The notes under the pieces are model-generated. The model did not search any database and had not been told where the DNA came from. It worked only from the letters and a program-made list of their open reading frames with translations. Source: a virus. From it: a DNA stretch of 64,000 bases. How positions within the stretch are numbered: the first letter of the stretch is position 1; each line of letters starts with the position of its first letter. The stretch is from IMG/VR virus record IMGVR_UViG_3300029425_000240. One strand, given 5' to 3'. Positions 37,031 to 46,197 of the stretch are shown piece after piece. A program made the translations under genes and the position numbers.

Positions 37031-38269
37031 TTATTGACTCTCCTTCTCTCTGTTTAATCTTTCGTTCTGTTTTGACGCTGCTTCAGGGTCAGCCATCACG
37101 ATATTACTGTTTGAAGCATTTTTTTGTATTGCAAGAAGATTACCGCAGTTTCCTGATATACTTAATTTGTCACCGTTTGTTGTTGCCCCCATCAGTACAC
37201 CTTCAAATGAATCCGAGTCTGAATTGATTTCCAACTTGCCATTTAAGGACTCGCAGCCATTGTAACAATCAGTAAAATTTATTACGGATTCTGGAATCGT
37301 TGCTCCCGTCAGCAATCCGGTACATCCTGCATATGCTGCGCTGATTTCTTCTATACTTTTCGGGAATTTTACCGCTTCTTTAATATTGATACAGTCTTTA
37401 TATGTTTCGTTCATGTAGATAACACTATCAGGTATTGTCGTTGCCTCCCTCAGGTTTGTGCACCCAGAATATAGTCCAGAGACGTTCGTCAGATTACTTG
37501 TTTTATCAAGACTGATTGGGCTTTGGAGTGAAATGCAATCGGCATATGTGTATTTCATTGATGACACATTGACCGGGATGATGTCTGCTTCTTTTAATGC
37601 AGAGCAGCCAGAGAATGCATAATCCATAATTTTTAAATTCGAGCACTGGAAATAATCAGGAGTCTTCTCTATTGCCGTACATCCTGCGAATGTGCTCTTC
37701 ATTGTCTTTAACGTTTTTGGCAAATTGTCGCAGTATACCAGATTTTCATTCCCCTCAAACCAGTTGTCCATATTCTCGATTTTTAGTGAATCGTCAATAT
37801 ACACATGGGAATATGTACTTGATGACCACGGAAACGTTGTGAAGTTTGTAATATCCCCCTTTCCTGTGAATTCCAAATCTCCATTTGAATAGCATGTCAC
37901 TTTTGCGCTTTTCTCATTTGGATATCCGATATTTTCTTCAAGTACCGGTTCTCTTGTGATGTCAACAATGACTGTTGCCGACTGTCCTTGAGCCTCAATA
38001 TTCACTTCACAAGATGCTCCGTTTTCTGCAGCAGTAGTTGTTTTTGAAGAAAAGTCATTTATCTGCACAACCTTACCCGCCTCAGTGGTTCCAGTCACTT
38101 TAAACATGTTTTTAGATAACGACCCTCCCGGTCCTACCTTTCCAACGAATTCAGCCTGCAGTCCGGTTATCTCAGGGTCTTTGTTCATTTCTTTTGATAT
38201 TTGTGTGTATCCAATCATCCCAACTGCAACAACGGCAACGGCGATGATTGCTTTTATTTTGTTGTCCAT
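37031..38269 (-). CDS. membrane-anchored BspA-type leucine-rich-repeat (LRR_5) surface protein
   Basis: Repeated Cys-containing ~22-aa units (FAGCTAIEKTP.., FSGCSALKEADI.., YSGCTNLREAT.., YAGCTGLLTGAT..); start set to MDNK ATG 38269 after AAGGAGAGG. Confidence 0.6.
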   Translation of the reverse strand: MDNKIKAIIAVAVVAVGMIGYTQISKEMNKDPEITGLQAEFVGKVGPGGSLSKNMFKVTGTTEAGKVVQINDFSSKTTTAAENGASCEVNIEAQGQSATVIVDITREPVLEENIGYPNEKSAKVTCYSNGDLEFTGKGDITNFTTFPWSSSTYSHVYIDDSLKIENMDNWFEGNENLVYCDNLPKTLKTMKSTFAGCTAIEKTPDYFQCSNLKIMDYAFSGCSALKEADIIPVNVSSMKYTYADCISLQSPISLDKTSNLTNVSGLYSGCTNLREATTIPDSVIYMNETYKDCINIKEAVKFPKSIEEISAAYAGCTGLLTGATIPESVINFTDCYNGCESLNGKLEINSDSDSFEGVLMGATTNGDKLSISGNCGNLLAIQKNASNSNIVMADPEAASKQNERLNREKESQ

Positions 38270-38282
38270 CTCCATCCTCTCC

Positions 38283-39179
38283 TTAGCCAATTTTGAAATC
38301 ATCTAAGTCGTCATCTTCAAAAGATTCACTTTCGATTTCCTGATTTCTTTCTTTTTTGATAATGTGCGAAGTTAAAACCGGAGCGCTTGACCCGCGGACG
38401 ACTTTTTGTCGGCCGGGGATTTCCTGTTCTCCATTAATAATCCGCGCTTCCCTCCTGTGGCCAGTTCTTAGACTCGGTGCCTCCTGTTTCTTATCAGTAT
38501 TAACGTTATCTAAAAGTTCCTGTGTGCTGTTATACTCTTCGTCTTCTTCCTCATCTTCTTCCTCGTCTTCTTCATACTCATCCTCTTCATTCGTCGGCAA
38601 TTTGTCAGCAAAACTTGATTCGTTATCGAACTCAGGGCGTGAATTTAAGCCTTCATGAAAAGCTGAAACCGCAGGACCTGGCTCACAGACGATATCATCG
38701 GCCGAGTCCCCTTCGCTCTTTGCTGATTTATTGTGACTCTCTCTTGCTTTTTCTCGTTCCGGTTTCTCTTTAACATCTTCATGAGCGTTATTTCTATTTC
38801 CAATGTTTAACGCCTTTTTTATCGCGTTATTATGCATCTTCATGATACTTGTATCACTGTCAACATTGATACCCTCCAATGCAGTCTCATAATCACCCTG
38901 GTCTTCTTTAAGGAAGTTAAGGGCATTGATAATCAGATTATACATATACTGATTTCCAGTATAAATATCAGCCAGCTGTTCAAGCGTGTCCTCAATGTTT
39001 CCAGTGTTTTCAAAACATTCCTGGAAATTTTCTGCATAATCGTCTGCAAGCAGTTTCTTATTTCCTGATGCTTCACTCTCTTCCTGTGAGCCCATTTTTG
39101 CCAATTTAACAAACAGAGCGAAACCAATCACGACGCAAGAAACACCGGCTCCGATTAAAATAATCACTGTATTGTCCAT
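38283..39179 (-). CDS. TM-anchored acidic low-complexity protein (298 aa); C-terminal region carries repeat module B in frame
   Basis: N-terminal TM (IILIGAGVSCVVIGFALFV), EEDEYEEDEEEDEEEDEEY run; AAAGGAGGAG RBS; repeat 38364-38418 inside the CDS. Confidence 0.5.
   Translation of the reverse strand: MDNTVIILIGAGVSCVVIGFALFVKLAKMGSQEESEASGNKKLLADDYAENFQECFENTGNIEDTLEQLADIYTGNQYMYNLIINALNFLKEDQGDYETALEGINVDSDTSIMKMHNNAIKKALNIGNRNNAHEDVKEKPEREKARESHNKSAKSEGDSADDIVCEPGPAVSAFHEGLNSRPEFDNESSFADKLPTNEEDEYEEDEEEDEEEDEEYNSTQELLDNVNTDKKQEAPSLRTGHRREARIINGEQEIPGRQKVVRGSSAPVLTSHIIKKERNQEIESESFEDDDLDDFKIG
38362..38420. repeat. repeat locus R4 (module B copy inside CDS 38283-39179)
   Basis: GTGCGAAGTTAAAACCGGAGCGCTTGACCCGCGGACGACTTTTTGTCGGCCGGGG; read in a different frame from the copy in 13673-14497. 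Confidence 0.65.
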
Positions 39180-39241
39180 TTTTCTACTCCTCCTTTATGC
39201 GTGCCCATCAGTAATGAGTAAATTACCGATGGGCTGTACTA

Positions 39242-41110
39242 TTATTTTTTGAAATTTTCAGACAATGATGCTACAATGTCGTCGACATCTTCAGCAGCGG
39301 CATTTTTCTTGAAATATGACCTTGCTGCAATCCTGTCATCTTTTGTACTGTAAAATTTGACATCATTGTACTTTGTGTTAAGTTTCCTCAGAATCTGGTC
39401 TTTTAGCGCTGCGCTTCTTGATACTTCAACGTAGTTTGTCTCTCCGATACGGATTCTAACTTCAAGAGCCCCGTCATTGTATACAACAAATTCTGCATTT
39501 GGGGCATGAAATTTTTTGATTTCAGCATCGGAATACTGCTCATAATAAGAAATCAGGTCCTCCGGTGTCAGGATATGCCCGATTTCGTCCAGCTGCTTCT
39601 GGATACTTTCCGCGCGTTCTTCTACTTTTTTAACTTCATCTGCTACCTGGCTTTTAACCATGTCTTCAATATTGCTTTCAATCTTTTTGATTTCACGGTC
39701 CTTCTTTCCAATGGAATCAGAGAGTTCTTTGATTTTTGATTCTTTTGTGACAATTTTTTCTGTTAATTTTTTCTCCAAGGCAATCTTCTGTCCTACCAGC
39801 TGCTGCACTTTCTGCTTCATTCTGAACACTTCTTCTTCCGCTTCGTTATCAGTTTTTCCCAGAGCATTCTGTCTATCCTGCAATGCAGCCAGCTGCTTTG
39901 CGAGCTGCTGCAGATTCAGTATATTTTTTGTATCCCTTTCCTCATATTCTTTGATTTTATTCTGCATCTCCTCTTCATGCTCTTTTACTTTCGCCTCTTC
40001 TGACTTGATTTTCTCCTGAAGTGCAGCCCTTTCTTCTTCCAATACAGCAACCTGTTTTTGTAGTTCTGCCTCTTTTTTCTGCATCTCTTTTTCTTTCTGT
40101 TCCATTTCATTTTCACGCTCAGCGACAGCCTTCTCTCGCTCAGATACCATTGCTGTTTGTTCTGACAAAATCTGCTGTACGTCTGACGCAAAGTCCGCGG
40201 AATCTTTCTTTTTTAGCGTTCTTTCATATTCCTTCATGCATGCAACTAGAGCCGTTCTGCATAAATCCAGACGCTCTTTTGTTTCATCCGGTGCGTATTT
40301 GTCTGGGCTTGAATACGTTCTTACTTTGAATACTTCATTGTCTGCGTCATAAGCAGCCATCAATTCCGGATAATTTGCATTGATGTAGGAAACATATATC
40401 GTGCCGGCATCATTATCTGCCGGAGTAGATACGGAAACCAGAATCTCCGCATCCAGAGGAAAAAAGATACAGTCTGTTGTAATTTTTTCTTTTTCGTCGG
40501 TGAGGATAACTTCATTTCCATTTAATGTCCCACCAATTTCAGCTGCTAAATCACGGAAAATTTTTTCCGCAAATTTGCGATGCTCTTCCTCATAGTCCTC
40601 TGTATCCTGCATCGTAGTGGATACCGCATGGTATGCATTATCCACGTGTACAAGATTTACGTTTTCTTCCGGGTTATAGTCTTCCTCTTTGGCCTCAACA
40701 TCTTTTTCAAGAAAGTTTACGCAGTCGTTCTCAAATGTCACCACAGCGTCCTGCATCGCATCAATGATTTCTTCTGTTGTTTTTACTGCTTCTTCTACTG
40801 TCTGGTATGAAAAAAACTTTGAAAACGCAAATACCTGGCCGCTTACATATACATTACATCCGGAATATTTTTCCATCATCTCCTGCTGAAACTCTTCTAC
40901 GGATTCTTCGGAAATCGGATACTTATATTCCTGCGTACCTTTGATTTTTACTGTATTTGGGGCACACTCAATCGCAATGCTTATACCTTTAATGCCTGTC
41001 TTTAATTCTGCATTAATCGTAATCTTGCTGTCCCCCTCTTCAATACTTGATGTGCCGGGAATATATGATTTGATTTCCTCTGCCATCCCAATTAAATAAT
41101 TTTCTGCCAT
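39242..41110 (-). CDS. long coiled-coil protein (622 aa)
   Basis: E/K/Q-rich heptad-like central region; GAAAGGAGAAAG RBS; conserved box 54 nt upstream. Confidence 0.55.
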   Translation of the reverse strand: MAENYLIGMAEEIKSYIPGTSSIEEGDSKITINAELKTGIKGISIAIECAPNTVKIKGTQEYKYPISEESVEEFQQEMMEKYSGCNVYVSGQVFAFSKFFSYQTVEEAVKTTEEIIDAMQDAVVTFENDCVNFLEKDVEAKEEDYNPEENVNLVHVDNAYHAVSTTMQDTEDYEEEHRKFAEKIFRDLAAEIGGTLNGNEVILTDEKEKITTDCIFFPLDAEILVSVSTPADNDAGTIYVSYINANYPELMAAYDADNEVFKVRTYSSPDKYAPDETKERLDLCRTALVACMKEYERTLKKKDSADFASDVQQILSEQTAMVSEREKAVAERENEMEQKEKEMQKKEAELQKQVAVLEEERAALQEKIKSEEAKVKEHEEEMQNKIKEYEERDTKNILNLQQLAKQLAALQDRQNALGKTDNEAEEEVFRMKQKVQQLVGQKIALEKKLTEKIVTKESKIKELSDSIGKKDREIKKIESNIEDMVKSQVADEVKKVEERAESIQKQLDEIGHILTPEDLISYYEQYSDAEIKKFHAPNAEFVVYNDGALEVRIRIGETNYVEVSRSAALKDQILRKLNTKYNDVKFYSTKDDRIAARSYFKKNAAAEDVDDIVASLSENFKK

Positions 41111-41159
41111 TATTTCTTTCTCCTTTCAAACTATCTAAATCAAAATTAATTTTCTCTAA

Positions 41160-41175
41160 GATAATATGCCAAATA
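41160..41175 (-). promoter_or_regulatory. conserved upstream box (TTTGGCATATTATC)
   Basis: 54 nt upstream of ATG 41110; after terminator 41215-41260. Confidence 0.5.
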
Positions 41176-41214
41176 ATTTCAAGAATCGTTGCTTTTTTGC
41201 GCATTTTTTTTACC

Positions 41215-41260
41215 GACAAAAAAAGCCCTCATCTGTGAATAAATGAAGGGCTTTTTCTAT
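41215..41260. terminator. bidirectional hairpin terminator
   Basis: AAGCCCTCAT..ATGAAGGGCTT stem flanked by A and T runs; separates surface-protein operon from coiled-coil operon. Confidence 0.55.
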
Positions 41261-41280
41261 CTATTTTTGCTAGTTTCCTA

Positions 41281-41380
41281 TCGGCTGAGCGCTTTCTGCT
41301 TGATACCTCGCCGTATCGGCTCGGCACCAGATTAAAATTGATAACTCTCCGTTCGACCCGGTACCAGATTAAAATTAATT
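41281..41380. repeat. repeat locus R5 (two module C units)
   Basis: GATACCTCGCCGTATCGGCTCGGCACCAGATTAAAATTGATAACTC...GGTACCAGATTAAAATTAA, ending on the stop codon of 41375-42235. Confidence 0.6.
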
Positions 41381-42235
41381 TTTCTTTTTCTTCTTATAAA
41401 TCAGCACTCCTGCGGCAGCACCAAGACAAACAACAATCAGCGCTCCGATTGCGATGATATTGTTCTCATCTCCTGTTTCTACAACATTATTCTGAACTTC
41501 CACGTTTCCTACTGCTGTATCAGCGGCTGCCTGTTCAGGCTGTGAATTACCTTCTGTTTCTGTCGCTTCAGGCTGTGCTGTATTGTCTTCCGGTTTTGCC
41601 TTTGGGGTAGCGGTTGGCTTCGGCGTTGCAGTCGGTTTTGGAGTTGCCGTTGGGGTTGGCGTTGCAACTTCGTTGACGGTACAGGTGTAACCTTCTACTG
41701 TCTTCATGTCTCCATCTGCACCAAGAACCGTGTAAGAGATATCGTAAGTTCCAGCCTCTTCATTGTCTACCTCATCGGTATTTAATGTTACGGAACTTAC
41801 ATAATCATCGAATGTACATCCGGATTCTGTAGGCAGTTCATCCCCTTTGTCAATCTCGATATCTTGCATGCCCTCTACATGTGATGCCAACTCAGGTTTT
41901 ACGGTGCATTTTACAGTTGCAGTCCTGTCTGTGCCATGGCTGTCTTTAAAAGTGTATTTAACATCATATTCACCCGGCTCGCTTGTATGTACACCACTGA
42001 TATCAGGTGTTATAGAATCAATATTGATATTTGATTCGGTACCTTTGAACTCTTCCTCTACGGATGGGAGGTCTTCTTTTTCGTATACCGTGATAGCCGG
42101 CAGGCTGGATATCGTTTTCGTCATATCCTGCTCATATTTTTTTTCTGCTACTTTTTTCTGGTATACAGTATAGCCCCCAGCGCCTCCAGCGGCTAAAACT
42201 GCAACAAGCACTACAGCAATTAATCCTTTTTTCAT
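41375..42235 (-). CDS. cell-surface protein with Thr/Pro linker and C-terminal sorting signal (VVETGDENN + TM + KKKKKN)
   Basis: Signal peptide; TPTPTATPKPTATPKPTATP linker; tripartite C-terminal sorting-signal architecture. Confidence 0.6.
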   Translation of the reverse strand: MKKGLIAVVLVAVLAAGGAGGYTVYQKKVAEKKYEQDMTKTISSLPAITVYEKEDLPSVEEEFKGTESNINIDSITPDISGVHTSEPGEYDVKYTFKDSHGTDRTATVKCTVKPELASHVEGMQDIEIDKGDELPTESGCTFDDYVSSVTLNTDEVDNEEAGTYDISYTVLGADGDMKTVEGYTCTVNEVATPTPTATPKPTATPKPTATPKAKPEDNTAQPEATETEGNSQPEQAAADTAVGNVEVQNNVVETGDENNIIAIGALIVVCLGAAAGVLIYKKKKKN

Positions 42236-42314
42236 TACGTTTTCCTCTTTTCTATGAATTTTTATGTATGAGGCAGTCTGTGCTGCCTCATGTAATGGTT
42301 ACATCGTTCCGTTC

Positions 42315-45300
42315 TTATCTTTTAATGAATTTCTTCAGTGAAATAAATGCTGCTGCAAGTGCCGCCGTGATTGCAGCCCCTGCTATTGCAATGATACCCA
42401 TATTATCGTCGCCGGTTTTTACTCCGCTCGTTGTGGCAACATCGCTTCCCTTCTCTGTTGCTCCTGAACCGGAACCATCAAGAGTCGTAGATGTATTTCC
42501 GTTCGGGGCTGGGGTATTATCTGTTACATCAGACGCTCCGTATTTCTTTAATTTGGTCTTGCCTTCTTCCAGGTCATTTTTGATGGCATCTTCTGTTGTG
42601 TCTGAGTTAATCTTTTCTACGTAAGAATCAAACACTTTCTGTGCATCTTCTTTCTTGTCTGAAGGGACTGTATCAAGCATTTTCTGGAGTGTACTGATTG
42701 CGTCTGCCCTTAACTGCGCAAGTTTTGATGCATCTGCCGTGCTGCTCGCATCAACCCCTGCGTCTTTCAGTGCCTGCTGACATCCATCAACAAGTTTATT
42801 GATATCATCTTCTGACGTTGCTTTGTTGATTTTGTCTGTGTAAGTATCGATAATCTTGTTCGAAGTATCTGTAGGATTTGTTACCATTGCCTTGATTTTT
42901 GCTATCGCATCCGTTTTTGCTTGTGCAAGTTTTGCTGCTGCGTCCTGCGCGTTTACAAGCTTCGCAAGGTTGTCTTTGGCAAGGTTGTAACATTTTTCCA
43001 TTGCTGTTTCATTTTTTGCTTTGTTAATGTTCTCTTTCTGCTTGTTGATTACTTCCTGTGCTTTCTGAGAATATGTATCATCTGTAAATTTGTACTCTGT
43101 AAGGAGTGCATCCAGCTTATTGTTAAATGCAGACCGCATTGATGTCAGGTATGCATTGTTGTAATCCGTTTTTGCCTGGGCGTAAATCTTAGAGCATTCA
43201 GATGCAGACTGTGCATTTTCAATGTTTGCTTTCGCAGTGCTGATGATGCTGTTCATATCTGCTGTTACATACTCAGACTTCACTTTTGACTCAAGAACAG
43301 ACAATTTACTTAATGTGTCTGCTTTCACTGATGCAAGTTCTTTGTCTTTTTTGTAAGCATCTGTAGTTGTCTGTACGTCAGATTTAAATTCCTCTACTAT
43401 ATCTTTTACTTCATCCTCTGTTGCAGCATTCTCTATTTTTTTCAGTGCGGCACCAGCCAGCTGCTGAATTGAGGCCTTCAGTTCTTCGTCAGACTGATTG
43501 TCTACAGTATTCTGAATCTCTTTCTTGGCGCTCTCTTTCACTGAACTCAGACCCTCATTATTTGTAATTTCATCTTTCAGGTCCTTGATTTCGCTTTTAG
43601 CATCACTGACAATAGTCTCTACTTCTTCTGCAGATGCTGCGGCATCAATTTTTTTAAACACCTCGTCTTTAATCTGACCTTTCTTGTCTGTTACTTCTTC
43701 ATTGTCACTTGTAATCTCATCAAGTGCTTTCTGGATTTCTGACTTTGCATCTTCTTTTACTTTTGTGAGGTCTGCATCTGGGGTTCCGTTCGTAGCTTTT
43801 ACGTAAGCGGCATAAGCCTCTGCTTTTGTTTCTCCAGAAATTGTTTCACCGGCGCGTCCGGTAAGATATGCTGTAAACTCATCCACGTCGCTCGTGATAG
43901 CCTTATGGATATCTGAAATCTTATCTTCTCCATCAGAAATATCACTTGGTGTGCCGAGTAATATGATTTCGTCAATTGTTTCCGTTGTATCGCTGTCTGG
44001 AGCAATGCCCTTAAGGTCTTTATACAAAGCAAACATTGAATCCATGTCACCTTCAATCGCAGCTTTCACATGGGCAAAAGCGCTGTCTGCGGAATTTGTT
44101 ACGGAATCAATTTCTTTCGCTGTTGTGCATGTATCGAGTTTGAAAATTAATGAACCGTATACATTCTGCAGTACGGTTGTTTTATCCTTGATTCCATCCA
44201 TAGCAGCATTGATTTTCTTCTTCGCCTCGCTCTTCAGCGCATCAATAGATGAATTATCCTGCGCAGCGATTTTTTCGATGCTTTCAATTCCTTCATCCAT
44301 TGCCTGCTTAGCGTCTTCAACTGTTTCGGATTTCTTGATTTTTGCGACTGCGTCTTTTAAGACATCGTTTGCCATGTTTTTCTGCGCATCAGTGACAAAT
44401 TCCATGGACTCAAATTTACTATACATTTCGCCAACATATCCGTTTTTAGTTACATAAAGCTGCTGGTCATTAAGGATTGATGCGGCTGTTTCTGTCAGTT
44501 TATCCAACACTGCCTGCATCTCTTCTTCATTTTTCTTCTTGTTGATTTCTGCTTTTGCTGCTTTTACGGCTTCATCCCATTTGCTTTTGAAATCTTTTTC
44601 GGTAAACTTACCTTTTTCAATCTCGCCGGCTTTTTCACACATCTGTTTTCTCAGTTCCTTAAGGACCGGGTCTTCAGATACTGCACACTGTTTATTTACA
44701 ATCTTAGTGGTACCATCAACTCCTTTGATGATGTAAGAAATCGTATACACTCCGATTGTGTTTTTGTCTACTTTTGAAGTGTCAAGTGATACAGATACGA
44801 CTTTTGTATCATCATAGGAAACGCGTGGACTCGGAAGGTCATCTCCAAGCTGGATTTCAATATCGTCAAGCCCTTCCACATATTCATCAAGGCTTCTCTT
44901 CTCTTCCTCTGCAGAATCTGAATCTGTTGTTACGTCTCCTGGGGTATCCGGGTTTGTTGTATCAGACGGCGTTTCTTCTGTAGTTGAGTCATCTGCTCCG
45001 TTCTGGTCTTCGTCTTTAGTAACTGAATCTGTGTCGTTTGGTGAGTCTGTAGCACCTGTCTCATCTGGATTTTCCGGTTGTTCGGATACCGCTTTAAAAA
45101 GAGTAGTCGGAATCGCTGTTGTTCCGCCTGCGCTGATGTATACCGTATCAGCCTCTGCAATTGTTCCGCATACAGCAAAATCTTCATCTTTACTGCTATC
45201 TGCAATCAGTGCACGTCTGATATCCCGTCCTGGCATAAAAGCGTCCTCTCCATAAACACTTTCAAATGTCAGAGCAACCTGGTATTTTGATGCAGCAATC

Positions 45301-45743
45301 GCTTCTGCACTTTCATCTTTGGTAAGTTCGGCTACCTTATCTACCATATCCATTTCGCAATTGTAAATAGAACCTGTATCTACCTCGCTGCCATTGATAT
45401 ACTCGTTTAATGAATCCGCATATCTTCCAAATACATCATCAGAAAAAACAATGTTGCTCAGTTTAGGTCCGAAATCGTCTGGTGTATCTGCGACTTTTGC
45501 ACTCTCGTCTGTTGCATAGTCAATCATTTTCTGGACAGCTGTATCAGTATCCTGTTTATCCTGGCTCTCCTCATCGTTCTGCTCTGCCTCAGACGCTCCT
45601 CCTTCTGTTTCTGGGACCTCAGCTGCGGTCTCCTCTACTGCGGTAGACTCGGAACCGTCTTCCGCTGCCATAACTACTGTGCCTGGCACAGCCATTGTTG
45701 CTGACATGCCTAAAAGCATGGCTGAAATAACTTTATTTTTCAT
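42315..45743 (-). CDS. large (1142 aa) alpha-helical/coiled-coil surface protein with C-terminal sorting signal (GVKTGDDNM + TM + KKFIKR)
   Basis: Signal peptide MKNKVISAMLLGMSATMAVPGTVVMA; long A/K/E/D-rich helical body; TAGGAGAT RBS. Confidence 0.65.
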   Translation of the reverse strand: MKNKVISAMLLGMSATMAVPGTVVMAAEDGSESTAVEETAAEVPETEGGASEAEQNDEESQDKQDTDTAVQKMIDYATDESAKVADTPDDFGPKLSNIVFSDDVFGRYADSLNEYINGSEVDTGSIYNCEMDMVDKVAELTKDESAEAIAASKYQVALTFESVYGEDAFMPGRDIRRALIADSSKDEDFAVCGTIAEADTVYISAGGTTAIPTTLFKAVSEQPENPDETGATDSPNDTDSVTKDEDQNGADDSTTEETPSDTTNPDTPGDVTTDSDSAEEEKRSLDEYVEGLDDIEIQLGDDLPSPRVSYDDTKVVSVSLDTSKVDKNTIGVYTISYIIKGVDGTTKIVNKQCAVSEDPVLKELRKQMCEKAGEIEKGKFTEKDFKSKWDEAVKAAKAEINKKKNEEEMQAVLDKLTETAASILNDQQLYVTKNGYVGEMYSKFESMEFVTDAQKNMANDVLKDAVAKIKKSETVEDAKQAMDEGIESIEKIAAQDNSSIDALKSEAKKKINAAMDGIKDKTTVLQNVYGSLIFKLDTCTTAKEIDSVTNSADSAFAHVKAAIEGDMDSMFALYKDLKGIAPDSDTTETIDEIILLGTPSDISDGEDKISDIHKAITSDVDEFTAYLTGRAGETISGETKAEAYAAYVKATNGTPDADLTKVKEDAKSEIQKALDEITSDNEEVTDKKGQIKDEVFKKIDAAASAEEVETIVSDAKSEIKDLKDEITNNEGLSSVKESAKKEIQNTVDNQSDEELKASIQQLAGAALKKIENAATEDEVKDIVEEFKSDVQTTTDAYKKDKELASVKADTLSKLSVLESKVKSEYVTADMNSIISTAKANIENAQSASECSKIYAQAKTDYNNAYLTSMRSAFNNKLDALLTEYKFTDDTYSQKAQEVINKQKENINKAKNETAMEKCYNLAKDNLAKLVNAQDAAAKLAQAKTDAIAKIKAMVTNPTDTSNKIIDTYTDKINKATSEDDINKLVDGCQQALKDAGVDASSTADASKLAQLRADAISTLQKMLDTVPSDKKEDAQKVFDSYVEKINSDTTEDAIKNDLEEGKTKLKKYGASDVTDNTPAPNGNTSTTLDGSGSGATEKGSDVATTSGVKTGDDNMGIIAIAGAAITAALAAAFISLKKFIKR

Positions 45744-45811
45744 TTCTTTTATCTCCTATTTTTTTTGCTTTCGCATATTTTTTTGCTGGTTCTTTTAGAA
45801 CTATCTGCAGG

Positions 45812-46078
45812 TATCATTTGTCAGCGGCTAAAGCCTACTGCGTTCAGCCTTTACGAGACTTGGGTAGACGCGAGCACAGCTCGCGGTATCATCAATTGAT
45901 AACTCGCCAGCAGAGCCGGACTTGTTACCTGACTTCGAACGGGGATTCCGGCCCGTGTGCGAAGTTAAAACCGGGACATTTTACCCGCGGACGACTTTTG
46001 GTCGGCCTGGGGCTTTTCGCTCTCCGTTGATAACAAAAGGGTTTGTTCCGAGTTACCAATCGGCCGTATATGCCATGC
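45812..46078. repeat. repeat locus R6 (modules C-like plus B) inside the long 5' UTR of the 1142-aa surface-protein gene
   Basis: CGCGAGCACAGCTCGCGGTATCATCAATTGATAACTC...GTGCGAAGTTAAAACCGGGACATTTTACCCGCGGACGACTTTTGGTCGGCCTGGGG; a plus-oriented copy of the promoter box (TTTCGCATATTTTT, 45768-45781) lies just 5' on the plus strand. Confidence 0.65.
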
Positions 46079-46093
46079 CTGCATGTTCTCTAT

Positions 46094-46109
46094 ATTCAAT
46101 ATGCAAAAT
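46094..46109 (-). promoter_or_regulatory. conserved upstream box (TTTTGCATATTGAA) with GTGTTACA 17 nt further upstream
   Basis: ~355 nt upstream of ATG 45743 with repeat cluster 45812-46078 in between (long structured 5' UTR). Confidence 0.45.
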
Positions 46110-46149
46110 AAATTTTTTTTTGTAACACTTTTTCTTGACAATTTATTTT

Positions 46150-46192
46150 TGTCAAAAAAAAGATGACCGGACATTATATCCAGTCATCTTTT
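46150..46192 (-). terminator. rho-independent terminator after sortase gene
   Basis: AGATGACCGG..CCAGTCATCT stem plus T-run on minus strand. Confidence 0.5.
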
Positions 46193-46197
46193 TGCAC

